Part shown: piece after piece, positions 41,098-53,362 of the stretch
How the letters are laid out: each line of letters opens with the position of its first letter
How positions within the stretch are numbered: position 1 is the stretch's first letter
Source: the human T2T-CHM13v2.0 reference genome, Homo sapiens
Assembly (NCBI RefSeq): GCF_009914755.1
Contig: NC_060926.1
DNA: 64,000 bases
Reading direction: 5' to 3' (one strand)
Notes under the pieces: generated by a model
Told to the model about the DNA's origin: nothing
Seen by the model: the letters and a program-made list of their open reading frames with translations, nothing else
The model's database searches: none
Made by a program: the position numbers and the translations under genes

Positions 41098-41707
41098 CTT
41101 TCCAGCTTCCTCCTGCTCACCTTCACGTTCTCTCTGCTGAGCAGAGGAGCTTCTTAACACTGGAGTTTAAACAATTGATGAAACATCATCCGTGTGTTCT
41201 CTCTACAATAGAGCAGAAAAGATACAATTTCTTTTTTGGACTCACATGAGTAATTCATATTTCCCATTTGCCTAGGGCCAGGTTTTCAAGAACAAAAGCT
41301 CTCAATAGGAGAGGCTGTCCGGAGACCTTGTATCTCTGCTCTGTATTTCCATCCCCAGCAGGAATGGTTCGGGGCACTGCTTGGCTTTGCCCTGGGTTAC
41401 ATTTTCCTCTATGCGAGTTTCCAACCTGAAGTCAGATCTGTTTAAAATAAAATGAAAGCCTCTGTCAGGGAGAAATATCAAAGGATGACTCTTGCCTAGA
41501 GGTAGCACCTACTTTTAATTTTTAAGTATTTTATAGAGAAACATGTAAATTTACACAATCTGCAGAATTGTTATTTGCAGGAACCTATGGTCTCTTCAGA
41601 GGGAAATTAGAAGTTAGAAAGTCTTAAGACCTTGGTTTGCTGTATTTTAAAAGGTTCAGTTTTTCTTAAAATGACGGTGTGAATCTTTTACTCAAGAATT
41701 GTAACTA

Positions 41708-41970
41708 GGCTGGTCACGGTGACTCATGCCTGTAAGCCCAGCGCTTTGGGAGGCCAAAGTGGAAGGACTGCTTGAGCCCAGGAGTTCACATGGCAAGACC
41801 TCATCTCTACAAAAAATTTTTAAAAACTAGCTGGGCATGGTGGAATGTGCCTGTCGTTCCAGCTACTCAGGATGCTAAGGTGGGAGGATCACTTGAGCCT
41901 AGGAGTTTGAGACTGCAGTGAGCTGTGATTGCATCACTGCACTCCAGCCTGGGCAACAGGGTGAGACATT
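41708..41970 (+). mobile_element. AluJ with internal deletion; tail converted to (CA)n
   Basis: 'gcttgagcccaggagttc' joins directly to 'acatggcaagacc'; right arm 'ggtgggaggatcacttgagcctaggagtttgagactgcag'. Confidence 0.93.

Positions 41971-41971
<1 letters not shown>

Positions 41972-42006
<35 letters not shown>
41972..42006. repeat. (CA)n microsatellite
   Basis: About 17 AC units at the Alu tail. Confidence 0.95.
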
Positions 42007-42008
<2 letters not shown>

Positions 42009-43328
42009 TATAATTAAAAAAAAACGAGCAGTATCAATGTCTTTGTTCTCACCTCTGTATCTCTACAGCTTCCTCCTACTCCGACTTTCACCTCCACAGT
42101 CTTTTGTTTGTTTGTTTGTTTGTCTGTCTTTGTTTGCTTGTTTGTTTTTGTCTGTCATAAGCATTCCAAGATGAAAAACTGAGTGCCTGTCACAAAACTG
42201 AAAAAGTTCACAGCTCTGAGCTCACAAATACATGGTTTTGGGGTTACATAGGCCAGATATCCAGTTTATAAAACAAAGAAATATAGGCTTGGCTAATGCC
42301 CAAGGATAGAACACCACCCATGATTCCGTATTTTTTAAGATGCGATGGTTTCCCTGGGCAACAGTGTTGAATTACGTACATGCATCACGTACAGCTGTAT
42401 ACAGCGTGTGGTCCATATAAAATTAAGCCCACGAGGACTGATTCCATACAGGAAGCTCCTCATCTTCGTTTCCCTACTACATTTATCATAATAACAATTC
42501 AAATGGTCTGGATACTAAACATAACAATTCCTGAAAGGATCTTTCATTTTAGACTGCTTGAAACAATGATTTTTTGATAATGAGTGAGCACTCTGAATTG
42601 AAAATGATATACAATTTACTGCAAATAATCATACACTAAAAACATATATAGGAAGGAAGGAATTAACAAACTGGCTATAAACATATTTGATTCTCAATCC
42701 TAAGAGGACCACAAATTATATATATGAACTTTGATGAGTTGGGTTATCTGAGTTTTATTTTCTTGATTTGTAAACAGGAATAAAATACCAAAATTATAGA
42801 CAATATTTGCAAAGTGCTTGGCTCCTGCACGCAGTAAATAGTGTCTCTACATACTTTGGCTTGTGCTCTTAGTCTTTAGTTCCTTCTCAACAATCCTGTG
42901 CCTAAGAAATAGGTATTGCTGGTTGGTATCTGCTGTACTGTATGATCTATGTTCTTTGCTCTTTGTTTCAAAATCTTACTACCTTATTCTAGTTTGGAGT
43001 CTTTGTGAGAGGCACAGGTACATGGTCTGATAACATTTTGAGTCTTTAATCCAAGTGCTTGTCACCATTGTCTTTGGCAGAAGCATTATGTCTATGGAAT
43101 TAAATTTTTTTTTTTTTTCACTGTACAGTTTTAGTGTAGGAAGGGAGAGGAAACCACTTTCAGTGGGATCAGGTTTACTTGGCTTGGAGAAGAAACTGAA
43201 TGTGGATTCCTCATCAAGAATATGCTTGTAACACTAGTAAATATTTCCCTAGTAACAATAGCTGGGAGGAGGAAATCATGTTTAATAACTTAATGCCAAA
43301 TAGCCTGTGGCTTACAGTGGCACGCATG

Positions 43329-43329
<1 letters not shown>

Positions 43330-43375
<46 letters not shown>
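43330..43375. repeat. (CA)n microsatellite
   Basis: About 23 AC units. Confidence 0.95.
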
Positions 43376-43376
<1 letters not shown>

Positions 43377-43807
43377 ACGAGCTGGCCATTAGCTCAATAA
43401 CTGTTTTAAAACTCTATTATTTATCTCATTTTAGTAAATCAGATAATCAATATTTATCGATTATGTTCATCACCATTTTGGTAGACACTATGACGGATAA
43501 CAAAAGGTAATAGGCATAGTCTCCACTTGGAAAGCCATTACAGTATTTAACAAAGCAATACAACCATTTGATACCAATTAAAAGTAAGTTTTGGTTTGGA
43601 ATGGTAGTAACTTCCAGTGACGTGAGCTTTCAGAGGATGGCAGCTAGTTAATATAGTATTCTCTTTGAAAAAGACAACTGTTGATGTGTGGAGTGTTAGC
43701 TATGTTCAAATTGAGAACGTGAGTGAAGACTTATTATTCCCCTTCTGTTAACATCTCATCTCTTCATCTTTCTGGATCTTAGGCTTTTTTTTTTCCTCGA
43801 CATTAGT

Positions 43808-44010
43808 ACTGTACAATTGTAATATGTAATTTAAGATATTCTAATAGCCTCATTTTTTAAAAAGTAACAATAAGTATCTGGAATTAACTATAATGATATA
43901 TTTTGTTTAATTTGATATATCCCAAATATTACCATGTCAGCATATTGCACTGGCACGTTTGAGGCACCCGATAGCTGCATGTGGTTAGTGGCTACCGTAG
44001 TAGATATGGT
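43808..44010. mobile_element. MER33/MER3-like hAT-Charlie element
   Basis: 'atgtaatttaag..tctaatagcc..aaaaagtaa..atatatcccaaatattacca..atagctgcatgtggttagtggctaccgta'. Confidence 0.8.
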
Positions 44011-45609
44011 GGCTCTCGAGGGTCCTCATGCAGTGGCTGCAGGACCTGACCTGAGCTTCATCACATCTCTTATTTTAGAAAAAAAAAGCTGACTCCATTG
44101 ATGGACGTTCAGCATTGTGTCAAGAACAGGGAATTTCTCCTGTCAAAGCCTTCTTTATTGTTTCTTCTTCAATTTACCCACAGCGGTCCTGGCTAGGATC
44201 CTGTCATGGTTCTCAGTCCTTCCCTCTTTCCTTCAGTTGCTGCTGTTGCTGTCCAGCTGAAGATTAAGGTAGAACCAACCGTGGAGGAGCTGCCATGGGC
44301 TTTTGTTGTCTACGGGTTTGGGGATGGGACATCCAGAGGGGCCTGGCAGGAGTTTAATTAGGATTACAGATGAGGGAGACAGAGGAAAGCAATGGCAAGA
44401 GAAGGGGGCAAACCTGAACAGAAGGTTCCCTCCACCCTTCTGCTCCCTCTCACTTCAATGCTGGAGTAATAGGATCTGCCAAATCTCACTTTCCCCACCT
44501 GGGATGGTGTTGGCAGGTGGTAGGGTCAAAGAGTAAAGAGAAGCGAGTCTCATGTGGGCATTTTCAATTCCATCACATACTTTTACTTACATTTGCATAC
44601 AGGTCAGAGTCAAAAATATTCTATTTTGGTACCTGATCTGAAATTATTTGTAAATAAGACAATTAAATTCATTTACTCCAAAACCATCACCTCAACATCT
44701 GAAGAATGCCCAGCATTGAGCCAAGCACTCATGTACTAGGAAAGGTAGGAAGTGGCCCCCGTTCTCAAGGGTCCCTGTCACACATTAGCTAGGAAGTTTG
44801 GAGGGGTCATCAAACTGAAACTTTCCAGAAACATCTGTCTGCATTGAGGGTATATTCAGGGCAGAAGGGTTACAATCATGTCTGCTTCATTTTTACTTGT
44901 ATGTAGTATACTTTTTAAGTTGTTTTTCAAAAAAGTTAGTATCTAAGTGGACAAAATTAATAGGAGCAATTATAGGAGCATAACCTAGGTAGAGCTGCCT
45001 AATGGTTGACCTTCTAACAGTGGAATTTCAGTCATCACTAAATACGTAGAAGACGCATTCAGGGAATACACTGTCTTTCTACTCCCTCAATTATGTCACT
45101 GCTTTATCTGAGAGCAATGGAGTTGTGTAGGCTGGTGCACTGAAAACTGTCAATTGGGAGTCAAATATCTCTCATTTTTCAAGTAGTAGCCAGCCTCTGG
45201 GGTTTGAGCAGGTCCCAGTTCAGCCACCTGTTTTTTGTTTATCTTTGGCCAATCACTTAAATTTTCTTAGTTTTTTTTTTTTTCCACTTCTAAAATGAGA
45301 CTAATAATTTCATCTAGTTACCTATCAGTTGCAAAGAAATGAGATAAAAAAGCTATCTATGAAGACACATCTCCTCAAATGTGTTTGGCATCCCAACAGT
45401 AAATATAGATCATGTTACTCTTGAAATAAAGGCCAAAAAATGTCTTCACTCCCCGTGTAGAATAAAATGCAGTCTGCTTATTACAGTCTTGACCATGCAC
45501 ACCAAGGGCACTGTCTCCAGCTGACACTGTGCGCCAGTCACGTTGGCCTCTAAACATGTTCCTCCCTTTGTTAGCCCTTTTTTGTCTTTGGAATGTTCCT
45601 CCCCAAGGG

Positions 45610-45843
45610 CAAAGGTCAACAAACTTTCACTCTAAAAGGCCAGATAGTAAATAGTTTCATCTTGGGGGCCATGAGGTTTCTGTCACAACTACTCAACTCT
45701 GCCATCAGAGAAGAAAAGCAGCCATAGGCAATACATAAACAAATGAGCAGGCCTCTGTTTCTCTGTTCCAACAAAACTTTATTTACACAAATAGGTGATG
45801 GGCTAGACTTGGTCCATGGGCCACCATCGTTTGCTGACCCCTC
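45610..45843 (+). mobile_element. MER58A, nested in an L2 relic
   Basis: 'ggtcaacaaact..aaaaggccagatagtaaata..ctgtcacaactactcaactctgcc..aaaactttatttacacaaataggtg..gtttgctgacccct'. Confidence 0.9.
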
Positions 45844-46669
45844 CCTAGACCTTTTCATAATGGCTTTTCTGATCATTTTAATCTCAGATCAATTAGGATC
45901 TAAGGCCTTCCTTGACCACTCTTTTGAACATCTCCCCACCCCATCTCTTGATTGTGTTGCTCCGTTTTATTGTTTTCTTATTATTTATAACCTCAATTAT
46001 CTAATGTATTCATTCGCTTATTGATTTATTGTACACATCCATTTTCTGTACCACCATAATTCTAGTTCGAAGGGCAAGGTCTGGAAGAAAGTAGATGGTA
46101 GGTGCTCAATAAATGATTTGTTTCATGTGTGAATAAATAATTACCCAAAGAATAAAATTCCAGAAGGAAAATTCTGAATTTTAGTGATAGGAAGGCAAGA
46201 ACGCTTGGGGGTAGTCAGAGGCACAGGAAGATCAGAAACTCCTGCAAACTATGAGCCTTCCATATAATCTTTCACAAATGAAGCTTCTAAAAAGCTGACC
46301 TGTATGAAACAAGGTAGTTTTTTATTGTTGTTGTCTGCGCATGATATAGACTGTTAATATCTCACTATTTTCTGGCTATAAAACAAGCATACTGATAACA
46401 GTAAAAATCAAAGGTATAAATAACCGGCCCATTAGCAGGCTGTATGCTTGGAAATGGTTTTGAGGGAGACTTTTAAAGGCAGCTTTTAATAAGACCAGCC
46501 ATTCATTCCCCATGCAATCAATCAGCATTCTCAATCAAATGCCAATGGCATGCCTTTGTGGTTGCTACTGAGGATACTGGCAAAATGAGGCAGCCTCTGC
46601 CTTCTCAGCCATCAAGAGTAATTATGTAATGCCATATAGACAAAGATTAGACCTATAGTGATAGGGGGA

Positions 46670-47135
46670 TATCAGCCAGTGTCCTGGCCAAAAAAAAAAA
46701 AGGCTCACATGAAAGGATTTAACCAAAGAGATGTTAATGAAGCTATGCCACTCTTATGTACAGAGGTGAGGATGAGGCTAAAGAAACCATTCAGGAGATG
46801 TGAGGGACCCTGGGTCCAGCAACAGTTGGAAACCACTCTAACCTGTAGGCTAGAAGTCTTAGGGAGAAAATGATATTACCAGAGTCCAGTGAGAACTGAT
46901 GCCTGAAGGAGGGGCCAGCCAATAGGAGTTCTGGCCGTAGAGAAATGTGGCTCTTACTAGAATCTCATCAAGACAAGCTTTCTATACTTCCACCCTGCCT
47001 GACATAACAGGAAGTCAGAGGGTAAGAGAGCTGGTGTATGCAATTCATGGGAGTCGGGCTTTCAGAGCACCAAGTAAGGTGGAGAAATGCATGTGACATT
47101 AAGAACTGAGAACAAAAGAAACATAACAGGCACAG
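46670..47135 (-). mobile_element. LTR33-like ERVL LTR
   Basis: 'caggaagtcagagggtaagagagctggtgtatgcaattcatgggagtcgggctttcagagcac..ggtggagaa' resembles antisense LTR33. Confidence 0.6.
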
Positions 47136-47720
47136 TAGTAAGAGTAGGTAAGCCAGGTGATAAGAGAGATTGCATTTTGGAAGTCTGTATTTACTCCATT
47201 GATTTTATTTACTTTGCAATATGTGAATGCAGCAGAAAATAAGGGATTAAAAAAGCTTTTAGAAATGTGTATTTTTTAATACTTAAGGATGTAGGCTAGA
47301 AGAGTTCTAGGATTATTGGCAGAGTTTATCTAACTCAAGCCAATTCATGTGAAGTCAACCAGAGTCTTGAAGGATTAGAAAATACCTTTCTAGCCTGTTG
47401 CCTGGGGAAGAAACATTCCGAACTAAGGATAATCTTTTGCCTGGGAAGAAGAAACCATAGAGTAAAATTCATCACCAAGATAACATTGAATCTTCATTAC
47501 TGCCCAAAAAGAGAGAGAGAGAGAGAAATTTAACATATTCCTGGTAATGAAGGTCAGTCACTTATAAGCAATAATTTCCTTTTTTTTGACCATTATCAAT
47601 AAAAATGAAATCTCTCTTTAGCCTGCCAAAAGAAAAAATTATAAAAACAGGACCTGTTACAGGCTCTATTACAGAACTTTGAAACTGGTATCTTAGGACT
47701 ATGCTCTCTAACAGAGGGTC

Positions 47721-48070
47721 ATTTCTTCAAGTAACTATATGTTGAACTCTTATTATCAAATGATGAATTCCAGTCTCCCAAATTACTACTTGCTTTTATT
47801 AATTGAGTTAGTGATGCATTACCTCACTTTGTTGCATAGTTTTTGGTCCACCAAGTGGCTGCACGAAAGAAGGAAATGAAGTGCTGGGGATTTCCTTAGG
47901 CGATTACAAGAAGACAACTTTTAATACCAAAGTATTTATCATTTATGATTTTCCTAGTTGTCTTGCAGTGATCTAAGCAACTTGTTTTGTGATTTATTAT
48001 AGATCTTATTTAGGTCTGTTTTTTTAAAGAGAAGTTTCAAGGAAAAAGGAACCTCTATAAAATAATTTCA
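47721..48070. repeat. Local direct duplication, copy 1 (about 350 bp)
   Basis: Aligns end to end with 48293-48647 (offset about 572). Confidence 0.95.
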
Positions 48071-48292
48071 GTCGGTGTCGCTGTTCAGTAGATGACATCT
48101 GCTGGAATGAATATGGTCTAGATGCTGCTCCATCTCCTTTACAGATTGTATGCTTGTCTAGAGGATGTATGCCACATTTTATCCATGAACCTTTTCTACC
48201 ACACGCACCATTCTTTATCCCCATGCCCCATTATTACGCCAATGCCATTCCCTAATAAATGAATGTGAGGGGTTTTAATTATTTTGTGCCAA

Positions 48293-48647
48293 ATTTCTTC
48301 AAGCAACTATATGTTGAACTCTTATTATCAAATGATGAGTTTGAGTCTCCAAAATTACTACTTGTTTTCATTAATTGACTTAGTGATACGTTACCTAACT
48401 CTGTTGCATAGTTTTGGTCCACTAAGTGGCTGCAGGAAGGAAGGAAATGAAGTGCTGGGCATTTCGTTAGGCGATTACAAGAACACAACTTTTAATACCA
48501 AAGTATTTATCATTTATGATTTTCCTAGTTCTCTTGCAGTGAGCTAAGGCAACTTGTTTTGTGATTTATTTATTGGAACTTACTAAGCTTTTTTTTTTTT
48601 TTAGATAGACGTTTCAAGGAAAAAGGAAGTTTCATAAAATAATTTCA
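48293..48647. repeat. Local direct duplication, copy 2 (about 355 bp)
   Basis: Aligns with 47721-48070 and shares a 46-bp identical core. Confidence 0.95.
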
Positions 48648-48674
48648 ATAGATGTCTCGTTAAAATTCAAGTTG

Positions 48675-48825
48675 ATTTCAGTGCTATTCTGACCTAGCTA
48701 CCAACTAGCTTTGAGACCCCAAACAAGCCACTTACCCTCTGTGATCCTCAGTTTTCTCATCTCTAAAATGAGGGGGATGGGCTAAGTTGTCCCTAAAGCC
48801 CTCTAAAGTGCTACATGCTGTAATT
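48675..48825 (+). mobile_element. MIR
   Basis: 'ccaactagctttgagacc..caagccacttaccctctgtgatcctcagttttctcatctctaaaatgagggg'. Confidence 0.85.
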
Positions 48826-49589
48826 ATGAGTCTATGTTATCCCCGGAAATATCATGAAAAATAAAAATAAAATTGATTGAGTTGAAAATGGTCCAACAGT
48901 TACAAAGAAATATTTGACATTGTAATCATGCATCAGTTAGTTTTTGGCTCTTTAATTTTGAAAGCAGATGTTTGATTGCTTGTTTAAAGCCTGCGTAAAA
49001 AACCCCAGGCAACCCTTGCAAAAGCTCAAAATATTCTTAAGCAGGGATATCAATTGCATAATTTCCTAGACCTTGCAGATTGGTTCAAATTAACCCACAG
49101 CATATTTGAAAGCCTTTTTCTTTTGTGAGCATCTAACCAATTCCCCATTGCTCTCCTCCTGGGTATCTATTCGTTATCAAAACCGGAAGCACAGTGTGGC
49201 ATCCAAATTGGAGTTCAGTGTCAGCAGAGGTTACATTTGTACATTTCCCAGAAAAGGAACAATTATTGTCATAGGAGAGGATTAATGTACGGCCATTTTG
49301 GGTCTTTATTATAATCTTTTCTTTAAGAATGAGGAATTGGAATGTTAATGTATTCAATAATCTATGAATTATACAGGTATGCTATAGTGCTTTGACCTTT
49401 TCAACATTTGGTAATTTTGATTGAGTGGCTGTTCTGAGCCTGTTCTTTTTAACAGCTCTATTATCCTGTGGAAAAGAGGAAGGCTAGCCAAATTTCAAAA
49501 ACACATTTATCCCGAAGCAAGAATAGAGGGAATTAGTTACAATGTGCCAGAGAGAGTGCAAGATGACTTACAGACCTTCTCTGATGTAA

Positions 49590-49700
49590 CCTCAACAACA
49601 TCTCATGAGATAATATTATTATCACCATTTTACAGATGAAGAAATTGGGACCCAATGCATGCCTCATGGGTAAGAGGCAGAGGCAATAATAATCCCAGTA
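49590..49700 (-). mobile_element. MIR
   Basis: 'cctcaacaacatctcatgagataatattattatcaccattttacagatgaagaaattg'. Confidence 0.8.
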
Positions 49701-50275
49701 CTATATGATATCAACATCTATACACTTGCACAAAGGTAAGAGGGAGAGGCAATTATTACCCCTGTACTATGTGATACCAAATTCTATACACTTCCTACTC
49801 AACAGGTCTTTGATTTTTGAAAGTAGTAAGTGTATCTATTAAGCAGTAAATACCTGTAAACATCCTGCATTAGACTGTTCTCACACTGCTAATGAAGACA
49901 TACCTGAGACAGGGTAATTTATAAAGGAAAGAAGTTTAATTGACTCACAGTGCAGCATGGCTGGGGAGGCCTCAGGAAATTAAAAATCCTGTTGGAAGGC
50001 ACCACTTCACAGGGCATCAGGAGATGGAACGAGTGCTGAGGGGAAGGGGAAGCCCTCTATATAAAACCATCAGACCTTGTGAGAACTCACTCACTATCAC
50101 AAGAACAGCATGGGGGAACTGCCCCCGTAATCTAATCACCTCCCATGAGTTCCCTTCGACAAAACATGGGGATTATGGGAACTACAACTGGCGATGAGAT
50201 TTGGGTGGGTGCACAGCCAAACCATATCATTCTTCCCCTGGACCCTCCCAAATCTCATGTCCTCACATTTCAAAA

Positions 50276-50901
50276 TGATATGTCTCCGATGAGTGGAGGA
50301 ACACCCGGTTCTTCATCTTCAGTCAAATTAGATAAAACAACATGGATACACATGGAATGGTTTTGAGAAGTGGAGAGTTTAATATGCAAGAAGGAAGTGG
50401 GGAGAAAGAAAGAAGCAGATCCCTGGTACACAGACAGAGGGAGGGGGCCTCCAAAGCCAAAAGAGGGAACTTCAAGTGCCAAGGATACCAGCCAGTTTTA
50501 TGAGTAGGCTGGAGGAGGTGGTGTCTGATTTGCATAGGGCTCACGGGATTGGTTTCACCAGGTATGTCGTTCACATAGCCCGTGAAAAAGCTGGCCCTCC
50601 CACCCTAGCCTGTTGATATGCAAATGCAGGGCACCATGATGTTCTACACACTGGGGATATGTGGGGGTGGCTATGCTGCTAGGCATATGTGAGGGCAAGG
50701 ATAAGAGGACAATGGTGGTGAGAATTGCCATGTTTGATGGACTCAGTTTCTAATGGCTGGCATTTGCACATCAAAGATTGCCTGCCAGGCTCTAAAAGTG
50801 GGGGTTTTCCTTCTAGACAAGAAGCATTTTTGCAGCTGCTTTAAAAGAAACGAAAACTTTTTCTATCTGCCTAAAATAATTTCTTAATAACTCCTACCAC
50901 A
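50276..50901 (-). mobile_element. Solo LTR9-family (HUERS-P3, ERV1) LTR inserted in THE1-int
   Basis: Minus strand starts 'tgtggtaggagttattaagaaattattttaggcagatag' and ends 'tcctccactcatcggagacatatca'; 4-bp TSD aaaa; interrupts the THE1-int motif 'catttcaaaa|cacaa'. Confidence 0.88.
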
Positions 50902-51997
50902 AAAACACAACCCCACTTTCCCAACAGTCCCACAAAGTCTTAAGTCATTCCAGCATTAACTCAAAAGTTCGAGTCCAAAGTCTCATCTGAGGCAAAGCAA
51001 GTCCCTTCCACCTATGAGTCTAAAACAAAAAGGAAGTTAGTTACTTCCTAGATACAATGGGGTACAGGCATTGGTTAAATACATCCTTTCCAAATGGGAG
51101 AAATTGGCCAAAACAAAGGGGCTACAAGCTCCATGCAAGTCCAAAATCCAATAGGGTAGTAATTAAATCTTAAAGTTCCAAAGATGATGTCTTTTGACTC
51201 CATGTCTCACTTCTTCTGAGTCATGCTGGTGTAAGAAGTTGGCTCCCACAGCCTTAGGCAGCTCCACCCCTGTGGTTTTGCAGAGTACAGCTCCCCTCTT
51301 GGCTGCTTTCATGGGCTGGAGTTGAGTGTCTGTGAATTTTCCAGGTACATGGTGCAAGCTGTTAGTGAATCTACAATTCTGGGGTCAGGAGGATGGTGGC
51401 CCTCTTCTCACAGCTCTACTAGGTCCACCAGGCAGTGCCCAGTGGGGACTCTGTGTGAGGGCTCCCACCACCCATTTTCCTTCCACACTGCCCTAGCAGA
51501 GGTTCTCCATGACGGCTTTGCCCCTGCAGCAGACTTTGCCCCTGAACATCCAGATGTTTTTTTACATCCTCTGAAATCTAGGCGGAGGTTCCCAAACCTC
51601 AGTTCATGACTTTGGTGCACCCACAGGCTCAACAGCACTTGGAAGGTGCCAAACCTTGAGGCTTGCACTCTGAAGCCATGACCCAATCTGTACCTTGGCC
51701 CCTTTTAGCCACAAATGGAGCGACCGAGACACAGGACACCAAGTCCCTAGGCTGCACACAGCAGGGGGCCCAGGGCCTGGCCCATGAGACCATTTTTTCC
51801 TCTTAGCCTCTCAGCCTGTAATGGGAGGGGCTGCCACAAAGGTCTCTGACATGCCCTGAAGACATTTTCCCCGTTGTCTTGGTGATTAGCATGTGGCTCC
51901 TTGTTTCTTATGCAAATTACTGTAGCAGGGTTGAATTTCTCCCCAGAAAATTGGTTTTGCTTTTGTATTGCATTGCCAGGCTGCAAATTTTCCAAAC

Positions 51998-52079
51998 TTT
52001 TTTTTTTTTAATGCTTTAAGTTCTAGGGTACATTTGCACAATGTGCAAGTTCGTTACATATGTATACATGCGCCATGTT
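51998..52079 (-). mobile_element. Ultra-short L1PA 3' end (about 80 bp) inserted in THE1-int
   Basis: polyT followed by 'ctttaagttctagggtacatttgcacaatgtgcaagttcgttacatatgtatacatgcgccatgtt', the extreme L1PA 3' end; splits 'ccaaactttt|atgctctgc'. Confidence 0.9.
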
Positions 52080-52979
52080 ATGCTCTGCTTCCTCTTGAAT
52101 ACTTTGCTGCTTAGAAATTTCTTCTGCCAGATACTCTAAATCATCTCTCTCAAGTTCAAACTTCCACAAATCTCTAGGACACGGGCAAAATGCCACCAGT
52201 CTCTTTGCAGAGCAAGAATGACATTTACTCTAGTTCTCAACAAGTTCCTCATCTCCATCTGAGACCACCTCAGCCTGGACTTTACTGTTCATATCTCTGT
52301 CAGCATTTTGGCCAAAGCCACTCAACAAGACTCTAGGAAGTTTCAAATTTTCTCACATTTTCCTATCTTCTTCTGAGTCCTCCAAACTGTTCCACCCTCT
52401 GCCTGTTATCCAGTTCCAAAGCTGTTTCCATGTTTTCAGGTATCTTTACAGCAGCACCCTACTCTACCGGTACCAATTTACTGTATTACTTCTCACATTG
52501 CTAATAAAGACATACCCAAGACTGGGTAATTTATAAAGGAAAGATGTTTAACTGACTCACAGTTCAGCATGGCTGGGGAGGCCTCAGGAAAGTTACAATC
52601 CTGGGGGAAGGGAACTCTTTGCAGGGAGGCAGAAAAGAGAATGAGTGCCAAACAAAACGGGAAGCCCTTTGTAAAACCATCAGATCTCATGAAAACTCTG
52701 TCATGAGAACAGCATGGGAGAACCACCCCCATAATCTAATCACCCCCCACGAAGTCCCTCAAGCAAAACATGGGAATTATGGGAAATGTAATTCAAGATG
52801 AGATCTGGGTGGAGGCACAGCCAAAACATATCCCATCTTAAAATTTTATCTTATTCCACATTGAGCTTTCAAGCATTTATTAGTACTTATGATGCCCTGT
52901 AACCTTCTGTAGCTGGTAGAATGATGAAAAAGACCAAAATTCCCCACCCCAAAGGAGATTAGAGCTGCGGAGTATATTG

Positions 52980-53362
52980 ACTCAGGGTTATGGGAACACA
53001 AAAGAGATGGTGAAGCACCCAGAGATGAGTGATTCTGGTGAACTGGTATGTAACACTTCTGCTCAGAGCATAAGGAACAGTGGAAGGAAACAGTGTTACC
53101 AGGGCCATATGGAAATTTGAACAGTGGATGTAGGACTACCCAGTAGGAGCTACTTCCAAAAATGGTATGCTATGGCTAGAAAGGAGGGAAATAAAATAAC
53201 CCATTCTCTCTGTTGTTCTCTGTTCTCTTACCAGTGTCCCCCATTAGCTGAATCCAGCCAGATGTCAGCCATCACAAAAACTCAGTCTCTAAGGGTTTCA
53301 CTCAGAGCAGGGCAAGGATGGATGGAAAGGGACTGGGAGGAAGGCATGTAGAATCATCAACA
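52980..53362 (-). mobile_element. LTR33-like ERVL LTR fragment
   Basis: 'agagatggtgaagcacccagag..cagtgttacc..ccagtgtcccccattagctgaatccagccag..agagcagggcaaggatgg'. Confidence 0.5.

Larger units (their letters stand above)
49866..52833 (-). mobile_element. Full-length THE1C-like MaLR element (3' LTR 49866-50229, 5' LTR 52482-52833) with nested LTR9 and L1 fragment
   Basis: Two antisense LTRs 'ttctcaca(c/t)tgctaat(g/a)aagacatacc..cacagccaaa..catatc'; THE1-int between them; 5-bp TSD catcc (49861-49865) / catct (52834-52838). Confidence 0.95.

Noticed and set aside
40647-41160. His/Pro/Thr/Gly-rich ORFs on both strands
   Set aside because: They are by-products of a (CAC)n low-complexity tract that lacks stop codons
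47758-47860. C/D box snoRNA pair in the duplicated block (ATGATGA in both copies)
   Set aside because: No CTGA D box or terminal stem at a suitable distance
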